Assembly: GCA_030770535.1 (NCBI GenBank) | Contig: JASVEC010000002.1 | Coordinates: 1,922,001 to 1,986,000, forward strand | Reading direction: 5' to 3' | DNA length: 64,000 nucleotides | Source: Batkoa obscura | Taxonomy: Eukaryota | In this document: positions 1 to 11,569 of the stretch, one piece after another | How the letters are laid out: the number at the start of each line of letters is the position of its first letter | How positions within the stretch are numbered: position 1 is the first letter of the stretch | Made by a program: the position numbers and the translations under genes | Notes under the pieces: generated by a model | The model's input: only the letters and a program-made list of their open reading frames with translations | Told to the model about the DNA's origin: nothing | Databases searched by the model: none

Positions 1-1956
1 AACATGTGTATTAGTAAATGGGCGGTTGATCTCAAAGAAGATTGGGGAACAATTGTATGCATTAAAATGAGTTCTCAATGCTGACTTGTACTCATCAAGC
101 TCCTTCTTGAAGCTTTTGTTATTTAGCTGTGCCTTTTGTAAGTTCGTTTCATGCTCAATGGGCAATAAAAGAAGGTTGCCGCCGCCTGGAATGATACAAT
201 CTTTTGAAAATGGATCAATCAAACTTCCTTTAGCTATTGAGCTATAAAACTCGGTACCAATAGAGACGATCAACTCTTTGCTTATATTTTCGTTAGCTAC
301 ACAGAACCAGCACTGGCTTGTATCCCTGCCTATTAATACAAAATTATTAAATTAAGTAACTCATTATTAATTGAATATTACTGCTAGCGTTCTTAGCACC
401 ATTGGTACAATTTTTGATATAGTGCCCAGGGATATTACAGATTTTACAAATGTAACCTTCTGGTGGAATATCATCTATAGTAAAATTTAATTTTATTTTA
501 TAAAACTTATTAAATTTTTGATTACCTTTTGTAGTATTTCCAGTGTTAGGACAATCTCTTACCAGATGACCTGGTTGTTTACATTTTTTGCAAATATAAT
601 TGGGCGGCAAATTGGCTTTTTTATTTGGTGGAACATTTTGACCAAAGAAGAATGAAGAAGGTTCTAACTAAATAAATAAATGGTTAACAACAATTATGAA
701 ACGATAATTATAGTCGACAAAATGGCTGTCAATAGTATTAAGTTTTTTTAATAACAATAAAAGTATCAGCAATAGCAATAAACTTATTGTTTGAATATTA
801 ATTACCATTTCTGAACTTCTTTTGCTCCCATTTTCTGAGCTAAACGGATTCTCTGTAGTTTTTGATGGTAACGTTTCATTCGTGTAAGTTACTTTTCCTG
901 CATGGAGGTTAAACGCATAGATATTCTATTAATTTGAAAAATAAATCAACTGTATAAAATATGAACAAAAAAAAAATACTTTTTTAGCTTTTGAATTATT
1001 AAAGTGATTCAATGAAATAATTCTAGTAGCTAAAAACTCGTTATCATTAATCTTAGTAAGATAAGGTTCTCTTTCAAAGTAAGTATCGCCATTTGAAATA
1101 AAATGATACTTAGGCTGATAGTACTGTACTAATTTAGTTACTGTTGTGCTATAATTAACCCTTGTATTCATTAGCTCTGGTCCCTTCTCTGAGTATTTTT
1201 CAAGCCCTAAAGGCCACTCATTCGTTAATAATACATCAATGTAATCTTTCTTGGCTTCAGAAGCTAACTCATTGATCTCTTTATCACAATATTCATGGTA
1301 ATTGCTTTCTATATTTTTAATAGCCTTTGTTCAAAATTATTAGCAACTATTGTCTCTATTTGAATTACATCTCTTACTATTTCTTCCTTATAGCTTCCAC
1401 TTAAAAATCCAATCTTAACTCCACTTATTGTATTCATAACTCCTTTTTTTCCTGAAATAAAAAATTAAATTTTGTTTATCTTCATAAATTAATCCTTACC
1501 CAAAAAAGTAAAGTTATTACAAACAGTATATTTATTATCAGAAAAGCACTCTTGAAATTTAGCCGGGAATGGCTGTTCAGTTCCAATGAAATAAGTTGGT
1601 ACTGGGACTAAAAGAGCAAATCAGCATTTAGTACACTATTTAATAACTTGTGACCTTTTGCAATCCTTCACATCTTTAGTTATATTTCAAGAAACTTAGA
1701 CTTACAATTAAACTCTCCAGCAGCCAACCTTTCAGCTATTATATCGCTTCCTTCTTTATCTTTATCATCGAAAAGTGCGCCAGTAATTAAAAATAAATCA
1801 AATGGCCCACTCTTACTGGATTCTAATGCTTTCATTTTTTCTGCCAGTTTTTCAAAGGCTCCATTGATGCTTCCAAAACAGATACTATTCTTAGTGTTAG
1901 TTGGCTCGTGTTGGGTTTGGTGTTAATATGATTTACATCTTTTTTTTCTCGGCCAT
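1..1956 (-). CDS. CWF19L1: CWF19-like protein 1 (Drn1-type); multi-exon, 3' end runs off the window
   Basis: Spliced reading MAEKKKI/LCFGSINGAF...GPFDLFLITG (metallophosphoesterase-like N-terminus), DVLLTNEWP, QPKYHF...YFEREPY, two CCHC knuckles (ORF 347-610), then CWFC...LIVSIGTEFY...AKGSL...PIEH of the CwfJ C-terminal domain. ATG at 1956-1954. Confidence 0.88.
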
Positions 1957-2351
1957 TTTGTAAAGAAAGGTAAAAAGATTTGATACATTTTTTTGATTTT
2001 GTTTTGAGCTTTTTTTGATTTGATAGAATTTTAAATGGAAATTTAATTGTGTATGAACCTTTAGCTATTTCTTCATTAACATTGTTTCTTCATTATAACT
2101 TTAACTTTAACTATAACATTTCCTCTATCAAATATTAATTGTAAATTAGTATATATAAATACTGAAAGTTATAAAATAAGCTAAAATTGTTGAACTATCT
2201 ACTGGTAGGTCTTTGCTTTAGTTTTGATTTTTTGAATTCAATTTTTTTTCTACAAAATAAATTTTTTCCTTAACTATCATTTAATTGGCTTCCCCGAGTT
2301 TTGAACTCTAGCCAATTAAGTATGTTTTGCAAGAGTAAAATTATTTAAGCA

Positions 2352-2396
2352 ATCCCACAACTAGAACCTTGACATAATCTCTCTCACCGTATAAAA
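2352..2396 (+). promoter_or_regulatory. Putative U2 promoter: ATCCCACA element plus TATA box
   Basis: TATAAAA at 2390-2396, about 35 nt upstream of U2. ATCCCACAAC at 2352, about 75 nt upstream. Confidence 0.35.
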
Positions 2397-2427
2397 GGGT
2401 AATCGCTCTCATTGATTGATCTTTACA

Positions 2428-2616
2428 ATCCTCTCAAGCCTTTTGGCTAAGATCAAGTGTAGTATCTGTTCTTTTCAGTTTAATAACTGAAATTAAGTCT
2501 ACGGACTTAAATGTTATTAACTCAATCTTTGGTTTTCGGAGAAAGCATTGGGCTTGCTCAATGCCTCTCCACAGGTTTCCCTTGTATTGCACTACCGCAG
2601 GGTGAAGCCGAACTCT
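2428..2616 (+). ncRNA. U2: U2 spliceosomal snRNA
   Basis: GCCTTTTGGCTAAGATCAAGTGTAGTATCTGTTCTT matches the conserved U2 5' region with the GUAGUA branch-point pairing sequence. Sm-like site AATCTTTGG at ~2524. 3' stem-loops include the ATTGCAC loop. Ends are approximate. Confidence 0.95.
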
Positions 2617-3521
2617 TATAATAATACAAAATTAAAATACTAAATAAATCTTTGTATATAGAATTCTTAATAAATAGAAATTACTAACTTAAAGCTCAAG
2701 GAACTATTGTATATCAAAAAAGCTTCAAACTTTATGGCTTATGCTAGAAAATATATTAAAACGGCATTTTTAACAGACTTAGTGTTCTTTGTTTTTAAAT
2801 TTACTTGTTTAGTAGCTTTCCATTTAAAGGAATAAGCGTAGGTTGCTTTAGTATGATCATGATCTCTTTGAAAAGAGTAATTTTACTATAATTAAAAGGC
2901 TTTAAAAAACTTTAAAAAAACCTTAACTCCATTTGTCTGAAATATAATTAACTTTTAATAAATAGGACCATTGAGACTGGAACAAATATTTTGTTCTCAA
3001 TTATAAATCAAATTAATATACTTAAAACTATTAGTAAAAAAAAGTCATTTATTATTTTAACAAGTACTTATAGAAGCTGAGAAGGGAGCAGCGAATCTTA
3101 ATGATAAGTCCTCTCATGTTATAATAGCTAATAAATCTGCATCCTTCAACCTCCTAACAACCCATCAACACCTTCATTCATGATGTCACCAAATATATAA
3201 AAAGAAGAGCAATCCTAAAGCTAAACTGGACTTAGTTTAAAGCCCAAAAACATTTACACTAAACACTAAGCGCCTTAAATGCAAGTTCAAAATGATATTC
3301 CAAACTCTCAGCTTTGAAACAACCACTAAGACAAAAAAAATTAGAAAAATCCAAAAATCATCCTTAAGTGATTCAATGATGAGTAAACCAACAATTTGGA
3401 AGCTTTAAAATTCTAAATAGAAATTAAGTATTTACTAGTTTTAAAAGTATAAAAAGAGACAATGATAACCTATATTTTAATAACTTTGCACTTTTAATAA
3501 CTTCATAATTTTTAAAGTAGA

Positions 3522-4259
3522 ATGGGAAAACAGAACAGTAAATTGACTCCAGATCAAGCAGCCGAGTTACAAAAAATAACTTATTGTAAACATTTACCAT
3601 CCATAATAAATAGAAACTTAATAATTTAACCCATTTATTTAATATAGTTGATAAAAAAGAGCTACAACAATGGTAACATTTAATAAAGTATAAACTCATA
3701 GCTTTAGGCCTTGACATACTTTTTAGGTACAAAGGATTTATCCAAGAGTGTCCCAGCGGGCAACTGGACCGGACCGAATTCTTGAAGATTTATAAACAGT
3801 TTTTTCCCTTTGGAGATGCAACTGAGTTTGCTACATACTCATTTGACGTATTTGATGTGAATAAAAATGGAGCGATTGACTTTAAAGAATTCATATGCGC
3901 GTTATCTATCACCACCCGTGGTAACCCAGATGAAAAGTTAGAGTGTAAGTGCTTAATTTTATACTTTTAAGATGAATATAATTTATTCTTTAGGGGCTTT
4001 TCAACTATATGACATTGATAAAGATGGGTACATAACCAGGGACGAGATGCTTCAAATAGTCAATGCAATCTATAAAATGGTGGGAAGTATGGTACATTTA
4101 CCAGAGGATGAAGCTACTCCAACAATGCGAGTGGATAAGATATTTTCAATGATGGATAAAAATCATGATGATAAGTTAAACTTTAATGAGTTTAAAGAAG
4201 GGGCTCAAAAAGATCAAGAAATACTTAAAGCTTTAAATATTTATGATGGTTTAATATAA
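3522..4259 (+). CDS. NCS1: Frequenin / neuronal calcium sensor-1 (EF-hand, N-myristoylated); 4 exons
   Basis: [12 protein letters not shown]...[13 protein letters not shown]...CPSGQL; EF-hands [43 protein letters not shown] introns. Confidence 0.95.
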
Positions 4260-4448
4260 CTCCCAATTTCTAACTTTAATTTTAATAAATTTTTAACAAA
4301 CTTTAGATATTTAAAGTTAAATAGTAGCTAATTTTAATAAATTTGAATTTGTGAACTAAGTATAATTAATAACATAGAAATAATATAAATTAACTTATGC
4401 TTTTTAATTTGATTTACGTTTGACAATGTTAAAATAATGAGCTAAATC

Positions 4449-7400
4449 TTATAGATAGATAGTCTTAACGTCATTAGCACCAAAAGACTCATTACAAGTT
4501 GGACACTTACGTTGTCTAGTTTCTAACCTAGAGTCAATACATTGTTTACAAAATACATGCATGCAACGTACAAGAACATGACTTTTAAATCTCATATCGC
4601 AAGTTGGACAAGTCATCAATGACTAAAAAATGTTTAGATTTAAAAAAGTTAGGTTATTATTGATTACCCTATATTGTTTTAAAGTTTCCTTTAAATCCTC
4701 GCTCTCATCTTTTGAAGTTCTAGAACTTAATGCTTTCAATTTCCCTTTCAACACTGTCACTTCGTCATTTAAGCGATTCTTTGAATTGATTTCTTCTTCC
4801 AATAGATGAGTTTTTTTATGAACAACAGATTCAAGCTAATACTATAATTAATCTCTTTCTATATTATTAGCAATATATCATACCTCTGAAATTTTTTCGA
4901 GCATATTCATTCTTTGATCTTTAAATTCATGATTAAGTCGTGAAAGAGACTTTAATCTTTCTTCCATATGATCTCTAGCTTCACTGTTAACGTTGATTTC
5001 CCGTTCCATTGTTTTCTAAATCTTATTAGATAAATTTAAAAATATCAAAATTTGCTAACCAATTGGAAAGTCAAAGCTTTAGATTGATCTTCTAATTTAC
5101 GTATGTATTCTTTTAATTTCTCCGTTTGATTTTTCAGTGTAGAGGTTAAATAGTTGAAGTTTTCATTATCCTTAGAAATTCTAGTAAATCGAACCTCAAG
5201 TTTGGCTTTCTGAAATTGATTTAGCCTTGCCTTTTTTTAATGATAAATTTAAAATACCTCTTCATTGGCAAATATTATCTGATCTTCTTTATTCCTTAAA
5301 AGAGTCATTTTACTAAGATGTGATGTATTGAGTTCATATATAGAATCCTTGAGAAGATCAACTTCTTTTTGCGCTTTAGCTTCACTCTAATCAGTTTTAG
5401 TACATAATTTCTAAATATATAGATTAGTTTACTTCTTCGAGAGCGGTTTGTAGCCTTATCAATTCTTCGACCTTCTCTTTAAGTTCTACAATCTCAGCAG
5501 CTAAAGCTTCTTTCTCTTTCCCTTCAACAAGACTAAGCTTTTCTACGAGCCTAGAATTTTCCTTATTTAAATTAAAGACTTTATCTACCAAACCTTTGTT
5601 TTGTTTAAAAAACTGTAATTAAATTAATTGTATGCCATTTTTATAAAAAAATTATGATTACTTCGTCTGTATCATGACTATCATTTAATGTTTTCATTAG
5701 AGCATTAAACTTTTCTTTTAGATCCTTGTTCTCATTTTGAAGCTCACTAAAATGTGTCAGTTGTTTTATATTAAATAGTATAAAACTATACGTGATTGTA
5801 GAATATGGATCAATAATGTTTAGCACTTCTGGATTCCTTTCTATGTATTCTATAGCCTCTTTATCTTTTTTATAATAGCCTAATACTTTCCTAAATCTCT
5901 GATTCTCTGATTTAAGCTGTTGTATAAGAAGCTAAAACATATTATTATAATCAAATTAATATATTTAAACAATATTACTCCATGTGATGTAACTAAAGTT
6001 CTTAACTCGGATTTTTCCTTAAGATCGATATTTTCGCGATTTTGAACTCGATTAAGCTCAGCTAATAAATGGTCCCTATGTGATTTAAATTTACTTACGT
6101 CTGCTACAACTTTCTTAAGTTCCTTTTCAATTGTTTCTTGACGAATTTTTTCTTCATGCTAATTAAATAAATTAGTAAGGATTTCTGATCAATTAGCTAT
6201 AGTTACCAAATATCGTTCCAAAGATTCGGACTTTTCTTGTAAAAGAAGATCGATTTCTGCTTTTAAAGCGTTGTTTCTTTTAAATTGGTTTTCAAGTTCA
6301 TGTTCAAAATGGTTTGCCTGTATAACTGCATCTTTGTACACATAGCTCGCACGAATAGCTTCTTCCGGCACATCATGTGACTATAATTGTTTAAAATAAG
6401 ATATAAAAATACTAGTTACTTACTTTAGTTCTGGCTACATCAAGCTGTGATGATAATTCTGCCTTCTCTTCTCTTAATTGTTTGATCTCTTTTCCATACT
6501 TTTCTTTTAAATCTTCGAGGACTTTATCATTAAGAAGATTGACAACTTCTGGTTTCTGGAAATAAATGATAAATAATTTACTTAATTTCTAAATATAGTA
6601 CTACTTCGGCTTCTTTCTCACTAGTTTCAACATCCTTTGGCTTCTTACTTAATTCCATTCGAAGTCGATCAACACTCTTTTCCAATGATTTTAATTTATC
6701 AGTCATTTCTTCAATTTTTTCATTTTTACTTAAAATTTCTTGCTCATCACTTTTTTTCTCTGATTGTAAAAACCGAACCTAACAAATCAATACAACAATA
6801 CTTTAGTTTATAAATAAACTAATACCTGTTCCTTGAGTTTATCAACTTCATTTAATTCTTTAGATGAATTCGATAAATCTCCAATATCATTTAGTAATTT
6901 AATTTGACTTTCCAGAAAAACCTTAATTGAAGCAGTTTTATCTTGATTATCTAATTTTTTTTAGAATGTATACTTTAGAAATTAACCAACTTACCTTTTG
7001 AGCTATTAATTTTATTATTTAAGTCTCGGCTATTTTTATGTAAATTGTTAAGTAAATTCTTGATATGACAAAATAGATTGACAGTTGAGTTTCGTTGCGA
7101 TCCGAGCTTCCTTTTAAAGTCATTAATTTCAATTTGGTTATCAAGGATTTGACCTAAAAGTTCAAGTGAATCTAGCAAAATTTATTAGTTTAATTTTGCA
7201 TCTATTTTTCAATTAATACCAAATCTATGTATTCCTTCAGAAACTCCGAGTTCTTCAAACAAGCTCTCAAGTTGGTCATAAATCTGTTTTTATTAGTTCT
7301 TTTATAAAAACAAATATTCAAATAATCCATACCAATTGAAGTTCTGATAAAACAACACCAACCTGCTCTTCCCTAGCTTCGCGACGCGCGAGATTATCTT

Positions 7401-7622
7401 TTCCTTGAGCTTCTAATCTGCTAACATCTCTTTTATATTCCAAAAGTTGACGATAAATAGCTTCTTTTTGAAACTCTTCGATTTTTACCTTTAAATTAGT
7501 AAGTAATGGCTATTAGCTAAGTATATTGAAAAAACCTCTAAACTGCTCGGATCGTAAAATTTCCGGGGCTCTTTACTTGAATGCCGCCTTATTTTCTTGA
7601 CTGGCGGTGGCGAGTTGCTCAT
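4449..7622 (-). CDS. BRE1: E3 ubiquitin ligase BRE1 (H2B ubiquitination); many exons
   Basis: N-terminal FQKEAIYRQLLEYKR motif, long coiled-coil exons, C-terminal RING CPTC...CMHVFCKQCIDSRLETRQRKCPTCNESFGANDV. Confidence 0.92.
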
Positions 7623-8020
7623 ACTTGGATTTTTTATGAACAAAAACAATTTATTTGACAAGTTAGATAGTAAACATGCATATTTTGCTTAAGTGTTGAT
7701 AGAAATCAATCTGATTGGACAGTTGATAGATTTAGAAAATCTTGCTAAAAAAAGGTTAGTTTTTGTTTGTTTTCCTAAATTAAAAAATAAAAAGGTCAGT
7801 ACCAAAGTCAAAGTAATGGGAACTTTTATAAATTTGCTAATATTTCTGATTTACATGTCTATATAATTTATTGCTAGTAAAAAGCCTTTGTAATAACTTG
7901 CAATTTGATTTTGTAAATTTGTTATTTTTTAAATTTATGTTTCATTGGCTAACAGCTTTAAAAACTAAAAAGCTTACTTTAGCAAGATAAAATAAACTTT
8001 TTTGATATCATAATTTTAAA

Positions 8021-9319
8021 ATGAAAATAAATTTATTACCATCCAATATATTAATAGAAATATTCAGGTGCTTTGATCCAATCCAAAGGATTCAGTATCA
8101 AATGGTTTGTAAACTGTGGAATCAACTACTAAAAGAAGTTTATTTTTATCAGGTTTTAACAATAGACGACAACAATTTGAACTATTGTCGAAAGTATAGC
8201 CATTTGGTACAACATGTGGTTTATTATGAAGAATATTTGAAAGATATTAAGGAATTTAGGAATTTAAATGGTTTAGTTATAATGCATGAGAAAATGATTG
8301 AGGGAAAGCAAGAGTTTATATCATTGGTTGGTCACTTTAAGTATTTGAAAATGTTAACTTTTTATAATTTCAAATTCAGCTTATTTAATAAAGGTGATAA
8401 AGAATTAACTGATGTCTTTAACAAGTTAAAATATATCACTGTTCATGGTAATAATGATAAAGAGTCAGTTAATAATATTGAAACGATGTTATCTCAAATG
8501 GATCATTTTAATTTAAAAGAATTGAATTTGATTCGAGTCAAAAATGAAGTGAATAGTAATATAATCGAAATGATAAGTAAAAAGTTTATCAATTTAAACA
8601 AATTGAACATTTATAATAATGAACGTGTGAATAATGACTTGTTTTTGACTAACATTACTAATGGTAGGTTTTTACAATTAAAAGCATTTAGTTTAAGTTT
8701 TAATTGGAATAACAATTTTAATCAATTTAAATTATCAAAGCACAATTTTAACAATTTAAATGGTTTAGCTATTATTATCTTTAACAATTATGATTATTTT
8801 CCACAGCACCTATTTAAATCAGACGAAATATGGTATAACTTGAGCGAACTGTCAATTGATTTATTGACTCAAGTAAATTACCAACAATTCCCAAACTTAG
8901 TCAAGTTGACTCTCCAAGTTGTCGACTTTACTCATTATCAAAACCAAGAGATCGAACCAAATTTATTAAATATTTTTACACATTTGAAAAGATTAAAGCA
9001 TTTCAAGTGTGTTCATTACTTTTCATTGAAACAATTTACATATCTATCCACTAGATTTAATATTAATCATATTGAAATTGGACTAGCTGATTCACCTTTT
9101 AATTTGGATTTTTTAAACTTTCTAAATATGCAATTTAATCTCACTCAGTTGATTATTCGTACTAATATGAGTAACATATACAATAATGAGATGATTGGTA
9201 ATACCTTTAATTTGGAGTTAACAGATTTCAAACTAAATAATTTACTAAAACTTGAGTGCCCAAGGATGCCTAATTTCTCAGCCTTTATCTCTCTATATGC
9301 TCCAAATTTATTAAGCTAA
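8021..9319 (+). CDS. F-box / leucine-rich-repeat protein, intronless
   Basis: N-terminal F-box LLPSNILIEIFRCF...QMVCKLW followed by degenerate LxxLxL repeats. Confidence 0.8.
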   Translation: MKINLLPSNILIEIFRCFDPIQRIQYQMVCKLWNQLLKEVYFYQVLTIDDNNLNYCRKYSHLVQHVVYYEEYLKDIKEFRNLNGLVIMHEKMIEGKQEFISLVGHFKYLKMLTFYNFKFSLFNKGDKELTDVFNKLKYITVHGNNDKESVNNIETMLSQMDHFNLKELNLIRVKNEVNSNIIEMISKKFINLNKLNIYNNERVNNDLFLTNITNGRFLQLKAFSLSFNWNNNFNQFKLSKHNFNNLNGLAIIIFNNYDYFPQHLFKSDEIWYNLSELSIDLLTQVNYQQFPNLVKLTLQVVDFTHYQNQEIEPNLLNIFTHLKRLKHFKCVHYFSLKQFTYLSTRFNINHIEIGLADSPFNLDFLNFLNMQFNLTQLIIRTNMSNIYNNEMIGNTFNLELTDFKLNNLLKLECPRMPNFSAFISLYAPNLLS

Positions 9320-10106
9320 AGCTGTTTATTAGTGTTATTTCATTAGCATTTTGCTTATGAAGTTTTTTATCAAATACTACAGTAGTTCATAGAACAGTAG
9401 TAAGATCTATTTGTGTATTTTCAAATTATGCTTATTATTTTAGTCCCAGATTATATTGAAAACTTAAAAATCATAGGTATTGGTTTGTTACCTATAAATA
9501 GTAGGAAAGTATTAAAACGACACTAAACAAAGAACTAAAATATACTCAATAAAACAGTATTAATTGATTATAAACTATTCAAGTAATAAAAATAAAATAA
9601 ACATAATCAAACTATTTATAAATAACGATTAAAGTATATTGGAAAGATAAATAACGGATACTTTAGTAAATCACAATTTTGTGGTCTACAATTCTTCTAT
9701 TGCATGTCAACCCTTCTTTCATCAATTCGACAGGTCCTTTGTCTCTTTACTTCAGTATATAGAATTGTTAACTAGAAATAGTATTAACTTTTTTGTAGTT
9801 TTATTTTGCTTGATTTAATGTAAATTGATTCTATAAAACTCAATTTGAAGCTTTCTTTTATCATTCGGAGATGTTTTTTTGACTTCATTACTTTTTCCAC
9901 CTTTGAGCGCTGTTTGAGTGGAGAAATTATTAGTAAAACCCTTAAATACAAAAACACATCCCCATTTAATCCTCTTCAAAACAGTAATTCCAAATTAGGC
10001 TTACTTTCTCTAGCTTAATACTACCTTTCTTTCTAGTATTTTTACAATATTTCCCACCAAAGATTTTGCTTACACTTTATATTTCGCTTTACAAATAATG
10101 TGTTTA
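8967..10106. repeat. Left copy of a ~1.14-kb near-identical inverted duplication (partner 33020-34158)
   Basis: Reverse complement matches 33020-34158. The only differences seen are 3 substitutions and one 1-nt indel, all at the embedded MITE. Confidence 0.95.
9867..9963 (-). mobile_element. MITE family A copy
   Basis: GGAGATG...CACATCCCC matches the family consensus. Flanks are ATTC and ATTT. Confidence 0.85.
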
Positions 10107-10635
10107 TGAAGTTCTCTATGATCTTACATTTCTACTTTGCTCCCTATTCCACTTGATAAATAAATTGTTTGTGATATAATCAGTCTTCAATTTCTTAAAA
10201 ATAGAGAAATTAGTAATAGCTTTTATTAATTGGAAACTGATTCATCAACATCAATCCAAGTTTTATTAAACTAGATAAGTTTAGTTGTAATCCTCCCTTT
10301 TTAAAATGTGCTCATACAATAACTTGATCTTTGTTTTTTTGTGTTGTCTCCTGCTAAGCTATTAGTAACTTTATTAATTAAGATTGACTGGTTGATAAAT
10401 ACATAAGGTTAGCTACACAACTTGAAATTTCAATATTTAAGAATTTTAATTTATGTGTAGTTTTAAAATATCCATAACCTGTGTCTTTTTTTAAAAAAGT
10501 ATATAAGGATATCCCAAATTGGTTTCAGAATTCACTTAATCAAATTTTAAGTTAAATTTGTAAGTCCTTAATGTATAATTAATTAAATCTAAAAAGCTTA
10601 AAATTGAATAAGAAAAGTTCAATTCAAAAGACTTT

Positions 10636-11569
10636 GTGAAATCTGGTACTCAGTGATTAGAGTCAAAAGCAGTTTTTCCATGACTGACTAGCCACAAGTC
10701 GAAAGGTCTTAGTTTATGTAACTAAGATAGACTTGAATTATGAAGAATACCATGTAATAGGCTATGGACTATGTAAGGCAAATAGAATAGACAATACTAG
10801 TGTAAAACCTACGTAAAATATTATCAGAGAAATTCAGCAGCTTTATTGAAGGCATAATGTCAAGGAATAATCCAGTTAAAAAGCCTCAGGTTATTATGTT
10901 GAAGAATCTCTTTTATACTTCAACAAGTATGGGTATCAAAATGGGAGATAACGCCTTTTGGGACTACATGACAGAAATTCCCATAGTAAGTCAAAATAAG
11001 AGCATGTGGTTGATTGTGGCTGAACTTGGGAATACAACGACTTGAGTGATTGCTATATTATAATCAACCATAGAGCTGTGAAATATCGCTTTGTCAGTCC
11101 CATGGTTAATTATAACATAACAATCGCCTAAGCTGTTGTGTTCTTGAGTTCAGAGAAAACCAATCCCATGTTCTTAGTTTAATTTGATATGAGAATTTCT
11201 ATCTTCGTCTCAAAGAATATTCTCCCCTCGTTTTGATATTTATACTTATCGGAGTATAAAGGAGATTCTAAAACACAATAGCTCGAGGCTTTTTAACTGA
11301 ATTATTCCCTGATATCTCGAACATTTAATAAAGCCACTAAGTTTTCTTAATAGTATTTTACGTAGATTTCACATTAGTATTGTTTATTCTATTTGTCTTA
11401 TATAGCTTGTAACCTATTACGTGCTATTCCTCATAATCCAAGTCTATCTTAGTCACATAAGCTAAGACCTTTCGACTTATAGTGTAGTCAACCCAGCAAT
11501 AGCTGTTCTTGACTCCAAACCCTGAGTACCAGATTTCACAGAGCTGACAAAGTGGTATTGCACATGCCT
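10636..11569. other. ~934-nt full-length imperfect inverted repeat (rod-like hairpin), non-coding, flanked by AAAAGRCTTT direct repeats
   Basis: Left arm 10632-11078 pairs with right arm 11095-11543 around a 16-nt loop (11079-11094). Mismatches are almost all transitions. Flanks are AAAAGACTTT (10626-10635) and AAAAGGCTTT (11570-11579). Confidence 0.93.

Noticed and set aside
10857..11045. 62-aa ORF inside the hairpin as an Oblin- or delta-antigen-like protein
   Set aside because: Too short, no recognisable motif, and the frames I checked stay closed even with TGA read as Trp.
11554..11568. ATTGCAC (U1A/U2B''-type motif, as in U2 at ~2586) in the second terminal loop
   Set aside because: A 7-nt match that is not kept in the homologous central loop; probably chance.
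10636..11569. Hammerhead or hairpin ribozyme within the rod
   Set aside because: No CUGANGA core found on either strand by eye. CAGAGAAAAC at 11151 lacks the matching loop-B partner. A covariance search is still needed.
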